From contig CP145410.1 of the NCBI GenBank assembly GCA_036867785.1, forward strand, positions 1,054,001 through 1,118,000: DNA of 64,000 nucleotides. The letters are read 5' to 3'. Each line of letters starts with the position of its first letter. Position 1 is the first letter of the stretch. The notes under the pieces are model-generated. The model was not told where the DNA came from. It did no database searches and saw only the letters and a list, made by a program, of their open reading frames with translations. This DNA is from Plasmodiophora brassicae. Its lineage: Eukaryota. The translations under genes were made by a program, and so were the position numbers. Positions 39,847 to 50,393 of the stretch are shown here, piece by piece.

Positions 39847-39937
39847 ACTTGAATGTGCACTTTCGTACCAAAAGTCACTACACCCAATACATCCTACTCT
39901 AATTTCATACGTCGTCCCGCTTTAATGTTCTTTATAG

Positions 39938-40704
39938 CTAATGACGAGCGATAACTGTCGTCGCTCCACCCGATTCAATCGCCTCGATCTCGTCATCAGT
40001 AATCATCTTTCGCGAGTACCGTGCTGGAGTTGGTTCATACGGGGACGTCGCGGGCGGCGTACTATCGACATTACGGTCGCGGCTGGCCCGACTCTTCTGA
40101 CTGCCAACCTTAGGGGATACGTCTTCATGCTGCCTATCGGGACCGTATCGGAACTGGATCAGCGGTCGGTACGCAGACGCCTGTGACGATAATGCTGTCG
40201 ATGGCGATTTCGTTGATGTTGGAGGCGCTGGTTGCGACCTCGTCGGAGGCGTCTTCTTAGTATCTGGTTCCGGAGCAGAGGGACGCGGCCCCGTAGCATC
40301 GTCGATGGACAATATATCGTCTCCAACCTTAATTACCTGTTTGCCGACAAGTCAGGAACACATTGGGGCTGATCCGCTGTCCATAAAATGGAGCAACCTG
40401 GCCGGGCTTTGCGAAGACCTCCTTGACAACTCCAGAGGACGACGACCGAATATCAACACTGACCTGAAGGTTACCGCGTCAACAAGCGCAACGAGTACTG
40501 CCGCGTACGCCAACCTTGTCCGTCTCCGCGATAGCGACAACGTCATCAACGGCGACCTGATCGCCCACGTTTTTCACGATTTCAACGATCTCACCCTCGG
40601 TGATCGAGTCGCCCAGCGAAGGTAGCACAACCTTCGACGCCATCCATCGTGACTGGACGCGACCCCCCACCCACATCCGCATCGTCGTTGCCATGCATCT
40701 CATC
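39938..40704 (-). CDS. Mitochondrial lipoyl domain plus MRPS36/KGD4-like adaptor fusion (two introns)
   Basis: Presequence; lipoyl domain PSLGDSITEG...ETDKVSVDIRS; Pro/Thr linker; RPLIQFRYG and PARYSRKMITDDEIEAIESGGA; no acyltransferase core. Confidence 0.8.
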
Positions 40705-41183
40705 ATCACTACCGGAGAGAGACGCCTCAATCCTGCTTGCGCCAAATTGAAATACTCCGTCCCTGTCCAACTGTCAAAACGAGTAAAACAGGCGGCGATG
40801 TGAGGTTTATTGACTGTCGGTCTATCGCAGGGATAACACTGGGCGACTATGCTGTCAAACAAGACATCGGTTTCGAATCTACCTAGCAGCATTGGCGTAC
40901 TATGCTTTGGCGGGACAGGTAGAGGTGGTGCCGTGGTTGTTAGGTAAACAAATTGACAAGAGTTCTGACCCACATGGCATGGCGCCTTGGCAACTTAGCG
41001 TTTGTGGGCCAGAAACTACGTAGTCGTCGACTTGCAGTCGCGTCAAGCGAATCTCAAAACGTAGGCCCCATCGTAAACTCAAGAACGTCGGTGGGGGGTT
41101 TATTGCGAGAACCGCATTGGTTCGGTGCGTGGTCAGACAACGCAATCCGACGCGACATGTGAAGACGCGCGAACGTCGGCGCA

Positions 41184-42865
41184 TTACGCCTTGGCAGGAG
41201 GGCGCGATGAGGCCGTCGGCACAGCTTTGCGCGAGTCACTTCTCTGCAGAGGGAACTGCGGCCGGACTGACTCGATCTTTGGAAACGCCATCGTAAGGTC
41301 GAAGAACGCGTCTGGCGCTGTGGAAAACACATCGTCATGCACATGACAAGCGCCTACGGTGAATGTTTACCAAGGCAGTCGGGCCTGTTGAACAGACGAT
41401 TGAAGTTTTCACGATCGATTGTTAGGAACAGCGATCGGCAGACTGCCGTTACAGCCGCTTTCCGTTTCGTGTCGCCCTTGACCATAAGGCCAACTTCGCC
41501 GAAGTAACTGCCCTTCTCGCGTTTCGTGGCGACACCTTTACTGGAGGTGATGGACACAGCACTGCCGGCGAGTCAATGCGGGCCATCAGGTAGACAATCC
41601 AGAAGTTCGGTTCCCTACCCGTCAGCAATCATAAAGAAACGATCGCTTTCGTCGCCTTCCTTGAAGATGCAATCACCAGCCTGGAAGACTTCAACCTTGG
41701 AAACCTTCGATACTTCGTCGAGTATTTCGTCGGACAACGCGTCGAAGAACGACTTGGAGTACTTGCGGAATTGGCGGGCGATCGTGTCCTTCGTTTTAGA
41801 TGCTACGTACTTGTGTACGACGCTGTCAACTTGCATGAAGCGGTCAAAGTCTGTGGCAAACAGTTCTAGCAACGAGCCACGTCAGTAGAGCAACTTGCGC
41901 ACACGTGGCAGGAGCGTCCCATAGAGAATGCAGGCTTTCGTCGATACGACAGTCGACGTTCTTGGGATTTGCATCATCATAGCGATCTCACCGAAACCTG
42001 TACGTGTTTAGCGCAACGATGAGCGCAGAGGCCCGACCACATTTCCATACACTGGCCTGGCTTGATTGTGCTTAGAACGAGGTTACCTATGGCGTCATCA
42101 GAAGGGTGCCTATGGCAAATATTGGTGAAGCGCTTACCAGAGCGCGCCTCGAGCTCTCCGCGTTCGACGATATAGAGCGATTTCCCCGTGTCGCCCTCTT
42201 TGACAGCTGTTTCGCCAGCGCGTACGCCACGTATGTGGACCATGTCAGCGAACATCTCGAGGTTGTGCTTTGTGACGCCCTTGAACATGTCCATGGACTT
42301 AAGGACGTCGTACGCCCTGGTCAATCGAAGCGCCTCCATCACGGCCCCCAAGTCGATCGCGCCATGTTCTTCGGTCTGCATTGCGGCCATGGCACGACGG
42401 CCCAGCTGCAATACTTCAACGTCAGCGCACGCCTTAAGCGTGTACTGGCGCGTTTCGCTGGAGCTCTTCCCATGGACTACGTCCGCCCCGAATATGTCGC
42501 CTGGAGCTAGCGTGCACAAGATCGATGTCAACCCGTTATCGTCGGCTGCAGTGACCTTGATTGCTTTTCCTTTGCATATCACGCCCCAGTAGTCGGCTCT
42601 CTGTCATCGACCATCAGATGTAGCACAGAACAAGCATTTACCGATCGGTTACGTCTCCGGCGCCATGGATAGTTGTGCCTGTGGCATGGAAGGACGTTGA
42701 CATCTTCGCCGCGAGCTTGGATAACATGTTGTCGTCGAAGAAGGCGCCCAGTGGTGTTATGCGTAGTATGCTGGTATACTTGCTGTCCCTGGTGGCTTGG
42801 TCGACCCTTACAGGCACCTTACCGTCCGCACCCGCCGTCGTCCCAGCAGTACCTGCGCTGGCCAT
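41184..42865 (-). CDS. Protein with three cyclic-nucleotide-binding domains and no kinase domain
   Basis: PGDIFGAD (degenerate), FGEIAMMMQIPRTST and YFGEVGL...KRKAAVTA; spliced stop at 41184. Confidence 0.8.
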
Positions 42866-43064
42866 GGATGCCGACCCTTTCTCAGACCCGCCCGTCGGTG
42901 ATAGCGACAGCTGGCCGGGATCTGGTCTCGTGCCAACCGGAGGTACTGTCGCGAAGGTCGCCTTCTCTAGTTGAGTTTACGAACCATCGGTATCGCGAGA
43001 GGGTACCTTCAGTCGCGTTCAGTAATGATAGATATCTTGTATTTACTGTATTCTATGGCTCGGG

Positions 43065-45570
43065 TTACTGTATTGCTCGAAATGGATTTGCAGAACGTCG
43101 AACGTGCTTCTGGAACGCCAGCTCCTCGCCAGACAAGCTGGCGCCGCCCGCCTTGTTGCCGTCGTCAATAATCAGCAGCGGCGGCTGGACGCGCCCGGTG
43201 GTTGCTAGGCCTCGGGTGGCATGTATCCAGTCCGGCTCTGTGCCTTTGCTACCGCTCGGTGCAGGTCTCCCACTGGAGATGGCCTTCGGCCTGCTGATTG
43301 GCGCTGCCACAGCAGTTGACGATAATGCCGTTGTGGAGGGCAAATTTGTTGGCGAGCTGGAGCGTACATTGGTCCCTGGATGGAGCGTGGCCGCACCCGA
43401 CACGACCGCGGCCGCTGAAGGCGCCGCGTCATGCTGCTTGTGGGTCAGTTGCTGGTATTTCTTCTGCATGAGTTGCAGCTGCTGCTGTAGAGTCAGGTTA
43501 AGCGCCTCGAACTTGCTCGCAAGCGATTCCGCTTCCTTGGCTTGGTTCTGCACTCGAGCCAACGCGGAACGGCATTCGGATAGCTCGGTGGCGCGCGCTT
43601 GCAGGTCGCGTTCCCGGGCGGCTACAGTATTGAGTGCTTCGTCACGGTCGCGAACCGCCTGGTTAGCCTCATCTCGCCACATGTTCTGCGCATCCGAGTC
43701 AGAACCAACGTGGTACGGATCTGACTGGGCCACACGAACGCGTTCGTTCTCGGCGGCCTTCAGTTCCGATCGCAATTTGGACATTGACGAGCGCGACGCC
43801 GCTGCGTCAGCCTCACCGCGGCGCCTGGCAGATGCCACTAAAGAGGTTGCTGTCTCTAGTTGCTCCTGGAGCGTCTGTCCCCAGGGCGAGGTTATAAGCG
43901 ACATGTCGAGTCGATCCGGAACAATGCACCCACCTGTATATCTTTCTCCACTCGCAAACGCGCTGCCTTCTCTGTAGCGTACAGTCGTTGCGTTCGTGCT
44001 GAACGTGCTTCAGCTTCTTTCGCTGTCTCTCGACATTCTTTCAGGCTCTCGATGGTTGCGTTCTGATCCTAGGAACGACACGCCATCAGCGTGCTGATAG
44101 ACCTTTGCAAATTCGAACCAGTACATCGATGGTCCTGTGCAGCGTCTGGGTGGAAGATTGCTCGTGCTCAAGTTGTTGGGCCAATTCAGACGCTTTCGCT
44201 TGAGCTGCCGCTAATGCTGTAATCTTCTCTTGCAACTCTTCGTTAAATTTCGCCCTGGCTCGCCAGAGGACATTGGCTGCGGATTCATACAAGGACTGGT
44301 AGTTAATTTCGAGATCTGCTCCATGGTTACCAAAGAATGCAGTTTCTAAGCGCGGCACCTACCAAGTTTGTCCAAATCCATTAGATCCAGATAACGCGGG
44401 CACTTGTCCAGATTGAGAAGACGGCCTGAGAATGGGTTGCGTTATATCTCAGGGATTTGTTTGCGCGCACAGGTTGGGCTATACCCTGGCGTCTCAGAGA
44501 AACGCCTCTGGGATCATCGCATGACCCGTCACGTCCTGGCCCTTTACAGTGTATCTCGACTACGTTCCTTAGGGGGCACGTCCATGTGATCCGATAGCAC
44601 GATTCCTGAAGGTAAAGAATACATAACCATTCGACATGGGCAGCACAGACAGTCCCTGACAAACCTCTCCCGTATTACCATCGCAGATAATCAGCCTAAG
44701 CGTATCGGACTCTGAAGATGTTTCGGGCGCAACGTCGGGTTCTCCTCTTTGGTCGAGCTACCGACAATGTCAACGTGGTGTTGAGCTAACCGATCAGTCC
44801 AGGACAAGCGAAACCTGCACTGCAGTGACGGCACGCCTTGGTTCCCGTCGCCGTTTGCTTGGTTTCTTCGTTGGCAACTGGATAAGCGGCTCGAGCTCGG
44901 GTGGCCGCTCAACTTTGCTTCGAAGGCAGATGTCCTCGAGGAGGACGATAATGAGGATGGAGAGTACAAGGGTTGGCCCAGCAAGCACTTTCAACCAGAA
45001 CGGGCTGTTCACTCCAAGGATTCCTTCCGATGTGAGCCCACGAATGAGATACGATTATAACTGAATACAGAGCCGGGATGACTTCAGCGTACCCGAGGGC
45101 GACACGAATTCACAAGACCGCGGGTCGAGCAGGCCTAACCACAACATGACATGGCAGCCGGCCTCAATGATCTCACTCATGATCGCGGTACGCGTCACGC
45201 TCGTATGCGACCGCTGTGGCGATGGACAGTCTCGCCCTTCCGTCGCTCACAGAGTACGCTTGCGACCACAGACTCCACACACTGCCAGACAGTGTCAGTG
45301 GAATACGCCAGTGTGACGGGACGCCACCCATAATCTCATGTGCGTCCACTCCCCAGTCCCACCAGGTTTTGTAGAATGACAAACCGCCCGCTCCATCTTT
45401 CGGCACAGCCACAAGACCTTCCACGTTCTGAACGGCTCCCGTTCGGTGTTTACCCACGGCTTCATGAGACTGCACCAGGGAGTTGCGGGAATCCGCCCAT
45501 GACCACTAAAGAGCATCTCCACCCGTTGTACCTAAACCTATACCTAAGCGGGCTCTTAAAGTCACGGCAT
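43065..45570 (-). CDS. Uncharacterised protein(s) with a TM segment and long coiled coil (5' extent uncertain; may be two genes)
   Basis: Same-strand ORFs 43065..43904, 44086..44358, 44794..45012 (TM) and 45173..45475. Confidence 0.45.
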
Positions 45571-45819
45571 GCCCACTGCCTGAAAATAAATAGAACAATC
45601 GCTCACTGGCGTCTTGTCCGGGCGGCATTTGGGCACACACACACACACCCGAAAGTGCAATTGCAGTCATTCGTGGACGGACAGAGGAGGGGGGGCTCCG
45701 CGACGTTGGCCTCCGCGCCAGAAACGCGTCGGCGGCGATGTCGAAACGATTGGGCCCCGGTGCGCCGCTGAGAATGTCCGGATCCGGATGCACTCCGTCA
45801 CGGTGGTCCACGCTCCGAC

Positions 45820-47008
45820 ATGGTCGTCTTCACCGATAGGCTGACGGTCGTGGATCGCCACGATGGCAAACGCTCGATAAATCAGTATGACGTCGGCGAG
45901 GAGATCGGGCATGGTACGTCGTCGACGGTGGTCAGTGCAGTTGATAAGAAGACGGGCGCTCATCGGGTCCGATGTCGCCACCCGGACGTATTATATTGCT
46001 CTCTGACGAACTGGTTTGATGGTTAGGCGTTGAAGATTTTCTCCAAGAGCGTTCTAAGGAAACAGCGCGAGGCCAGCTCGCGTGGTATCAATCTTTCACC
46101 TGGCAACGACCGCGCTCAGGTCGAGGTTGAATGTCTGACTTTGCTGGCGGAACGGTCGCACCCGCATATTATCTCGCTGCACGAGGTCATTGATCAACCA
46201 GATAGAGATAAGCTCATCCTCGGTAGGTTTCATTTCGAGATTCACCATCATTGTTCGCTGAAGACCGGTTGCGTTCAGCGCTTGATTTAGGCGACCTCGG
46301 CGAACTCCTCGAATGGCAGAACGAGTCGTCGTCGTACCTGTGCAGATGGAGCTCGCCGTCCACATCGCCTTGGGCGCTACCTGAAGACTGTGCAAAACGC
46401 TGCTTCAGACAGCTTGCCCTCGCAATATGCCACCGTAAGCTCTTCCAGTACGATGTGATTGGTCGTAACAACTGATGACCGCTCTGGAGTGCACAAGACG
46501 GCCATGATATGCCATCGCGACGTGAAGCCAGGCAACTGTCTGATCCGCAAGGATGATAGCGGGTCTCCTCATTTGCTCTTGGCTGATTTCGGTGTTGCCG
46601 AGCGGTTCGATGACGCCGGTTCGCCGCCGACGTACACCGACACTGTCGGGACGTATCCGGTTGTTGCGCCTATGGACCCGACCTTGACCACGTTCATTTG
46701 TGACATTTGGTGCTCCACAGTTCATTCCACCCGAGGCTTGCAGTGGCGATGAGTACGACGGTCGCTGCGCCGACATTTGGGCCATGGGAGTGACGCTGTA
46801 CGCGATGGTCTTCAGTCGCCTGCCGTTTTACAGCTCGAACCTGCACCAGCTGTTCCAGATGATCGAACACGATCCCCTGGTGCTCCCAGCGACGGTTGAC
46901 GGTCCAGTCCTCGATCTACTGAGCAAGATTCTTGAGAAGGACCCGGTGCAGCGTCTGTCAATCGACGGCATCCTGACACATCCCTGGCTGGAGACAAAAT
47001 GTCCCTAA
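45820..47008 (+). CDS. CAMKK/SnAK-like Ser/Thr protein kinase
   Basis: INQYDVGEEIGHG, ALKIFSKSVLRK, LHEVIDQP, HRDVKPGN, DFG, PPE and DIWAMGVTLY. Confidence 0.9.
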
Positions 47009-47163
47009 CACGTATTTCAACCCATGCGCTGCTTCCGACCGTCTGTCTACGTAGGCTCACAGTGTATTCTGGCAGCATACAAGGAAGAGGGTACACATGA
47101 TATCGCGACCGTGACATCGGCGATTAATCATGGAGGCGGATTTGAGACGAGCCGTCCAGCGCG

Positions 47164-48336
47164 CTACAGATCCAGCGCCCTCAGCACCGATTCGACGAAC
47201 TCGCCATCTCTCGCGGTCTTGACGCGGATCATGTCGCTAACGCTGGCACACTTGTGCACCGCTCTGGCGATGTCATCCGGCGACCTCCTATCTCGGTTGT
47301 ACGCCAGGTGGTCGGCGCCCAGCCTCATCAGCGTCTTGATCGCCTCCAGGTGCCCCCGACGGACCGCATCGTGCAACGGCGTCCCTTGCAACCCGTTCGG
47401 CGCGCACGCGTTCACGTTCCAACCTCGTCGCGCCAGCACCTCGATACACGCTGGGGCGTTGGCCCTGGCACAGACGTTGAGCAGGATGGCCGTCTCCCGG
47501 GGCGGCAGCACATGGCTGCGTTCGTTCAGCAGCGCGTCCAGCACCGCCGCGTGGTCGCTAGAAGGCAACCGAACGCCCAGGCTCTCCAGCGCCGCCTTCG
47601 AGTCTGGGGACAGGTTCGTGGCACCGTCGTCCTTGACGGCGATCGCGAACGGGCACCCGGGGCGCCTGCTGGCGTCGGCGATGAACTCCTGCAGGCGGGC
47701 GTTCTCGTCCGCCGAGAACGTGTGCGTGTCGAAACTGGCCGATCGGACATCGAACGTGCCGGGGTCCACAACGATCATGTTGATGCCCCGCCGGTTCAGG
47801 CTGTAGTCGATGCCGTTCACGACGAGGCGCGCCTGGTTCCCATCCATGTACCCAGACGAGATCGCGTGGATCACGATCTGTTCGCCGCCGTCCTATCAAC
47901 GTCGTCGCCATCCGTTTAGTCGCGATGCGCCACGTCATGTTTCGGTACCGGCGCTTACCTGTGGCACGACCCATCGCACATCGGCGGGGCCCTGGTACCT
48001 GGATCGGATCTGGGTCAGGTCCCGACCGCTGTCTCGGCTGGTGACGCCGATATGCGCCAACGATCCACGAAACGGCAACCCGAATATGCAGTCGTACGCC
48101 AGGTGCAACGACTCGACGTCGACGTAGGGTCGATGGTGGTGCCGATGATTCCGGTACGGGTGCGCATCGTCATGGTGAACGGCAGCGGGGCGGCGATCCG
48201 CCTGTGGGTAGAACGTTGCCGATGGGGTCGGGGCACTCGCACTCCCGCTGGCGAAGTCGGGCGATGCCGTTCGGTTGTACACGACCGGCGGGTACCATTG
48301 CTGTTGACGCTCAGGTCGAACCATGTTGGACGACAT
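47164..48336 (-). CDS. ILEI/PANDER (GG-type lectin) domain plus ankyrin repeat protein
   Basis: SSGYMDGN...RRGINMIVVD...FDTH...IAVKDDG...KAALESLG, then GTPLHDAVRRGHLEAIKTLMRLGAD; one intron at ~47894-47959. Confidence 0.75.
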
Positions 48337-48698
48337 GGTATGTAGGGTGACTCAGGACGACAGACGACGACCCAACCGGTTCTAACCTCGTAACAGCGTC
48401 ATCACAATGGGCACGCGACGACGCGTAGATTCGAACGGTATCGCTCACATAGATTCATATCCGATCGCGTACGCGCGAAACACTGAATCGACCTGCATAC
48501 TTAGGAATGTCTGGACGCCAGGTCCCGAGGGACCAGACCGCGTTGCCCAGGGCAGGCTCCGGCGTGAACCGTGAACGGGTCCAAGATCAGGGTCGAGTCA
48601 ACTGTGCCGAGGACCGGTCATGACGTGACTCACTTCCACGAGGGAAGGTGATGAGGCTCGCCGCTGATCGTCTTGTATTTTTCTTATTTAACAGAGGC

Positions 48699-50350
48699 AT
48701 GACCAGGTCGAGCGCAATCCAGTTCTATACGTCGAAGCATTTCACGAACCCCAATGCCCGGTACTCGGTGAAGTTGTCGCCGGCGCCCGCGCTCGCCGAC
48801 CTGCCTGAATGTGTCCGCGATCGTCAGCGTCAAGCACGACGCCATAGCGTCAAGCGCCAACCTGAACGCGACCTGAAGCGTTCGGCCCCCAAACACCATG
48901 GCGACCACCACCCCGTACGCCAACCTCGTGTCCACGTCGACGATCGCCAAACGAAACGCCATGCCGCGCCTCCCAGGCACAACACGGTCCAGCATGTGGT
49001 CCAGCAGGACTATCGCCAGGTCCAGAAGGAGCACCGTCCAGTCCAACAAGAGCGCCGCCTGCGTGTGCCCGTCGACGACACGGCCCAGCATGTGGTCCAG
49101 CAGGACTATCGCCAGGTCCAGAAGGAGCGCCGTCCAGTCCAACAAGAGCGCCGTCTGCGTTTGCCCGTCGACGACAGCGCTCGTCAGGCGCAGGTCGAGA
49201 GAGTGCCGACGCCATCGGCACCGGCAGCACCAAAGTCGACTCGGGAAGACGATCGAGCGCAGGTCAGTAAGTTGCTGAAGGAGCTGCTGGACACCGAGAT
49301 CAAGTACGTCACCGATCTCAAATCGTTGGACACGTTCTTCACCCAGCGCATGCTGGACCTGGCCGAGGACCCGTCGACCGCGATCCTGTCCGTCGAGCAG
49401 ACCCGTGCCATCTTCCTGGACACGTCCGCCATCCTCGACGTGCACGGTCACCTCCTCGAGCGCCTTAGCGATGCGCTCGACACACAGCGATCGACGGCCC
49501 AGCAGGTGTCGCTGCTGTGCTCGATCATCCTGGACCAGAAGGATGCACTGATGCGGCCGTACGTCACGTACATGTCCCAGTTCGGGACGTCGGCCCAGTT
49601 GCTGGCCCGCCTCCGGCAGTCGAACGCCCGGTTCAACAGCCAGCTCGAAGAGATACGATCGCAGACCGGCCTCGAGCTGAACTCGCTGATGATCCTACCC
49701 GTGCAGCGCCTGCCGCGCTACGAGCTGTTCCTCGAACGGCTGCAGAAGCACGCCCCTGGGTCCCGACGGGTACGGAACGCCTGCCAGGAATTCAACGCCA
49801 TGGTCCAGCAGGTCGATGCGTCCATGACGCTGACGTCGCCGCTGCAGGAGTTGCAATGGGACCGCTTCGACGGCCGTGTCAACCTGGTGGCCCCGAACCG
49901 CACGCTGATCTGCGTTCGCGACGTCCGCCTCGTCAGCGAGACGGCGTCGTTCTGGCACAAGCGCGTCTCCATCATCGACGTCGTCGGCGTGCTGTGCAAC
50001 GACGTCGTCGTGTTTGCTGCTCCTCAAACGGGTAGGGCGATTCGAAAATGTGTCACTGTTGGATATTCTAACGGCCTTGTGGTACAGATCGTCAGCTGCG
50101 TTTCCATTCCTGCATGTCCCTCATTGGCGCCCGGGTCACAGATCTCGTGGACGATGGCGACCTCGTCGATGCCGTGCGACTCGAGACGGACAGGCAGATG
50201 GTCACCGTGCTGTGCAACGGGCCGGAGGACAAGCAGGCATGGTTGAACAGCATCCGCGAAGCCCTGTGCACTGCCGACAACGCCAGGCGACTGGGTGCCG
50301 ATACGCCACAGGCGGTCGAGAACGCCGTTGCTCTCGATCTGACCGCCTGA
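48699..50350 (+). CDS. Dbl-family RhoGEF (DH-PH)
   Basis: LKELLDTEIKYVTDL, IF...ILDVH, LMILPVQRLPRYELFL and PH C-terminal helix EDKQAWLNSI. Confidence 0.9.
48984..49178 (+). repeat. 96-bp (32-aa) in-frame tandem duplication inside the RhoGEF N-terminus
   Basis: CAGCATGTGGTCCAGCAGGACTATCGCCAGG... starts at 48990 and 49086. Confidence 0.95.
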
Positions 50351-50393
50351 GTGATCGCAGGCAATCGCCGCGTAAATCACATAATTTAACAGT

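Noticed and set aside
39938-40704. Truncated E2 dihydrolipoamide succinyltransferase pseudogene
   Set aside because: The frame is intact and ends in a coherent MRPS36-like motif with a proper stop
42673-43977. 434-aa plus-strand ORF
   Set aside because: Antisense shadow of the coiled-coil and cNMP genes; Ser/Cys/Ala-rich with no motifs
48684-49451. 255-aa minus-strand repeat-containing ORF
   Set aside because: Antisense of the RhoGEF
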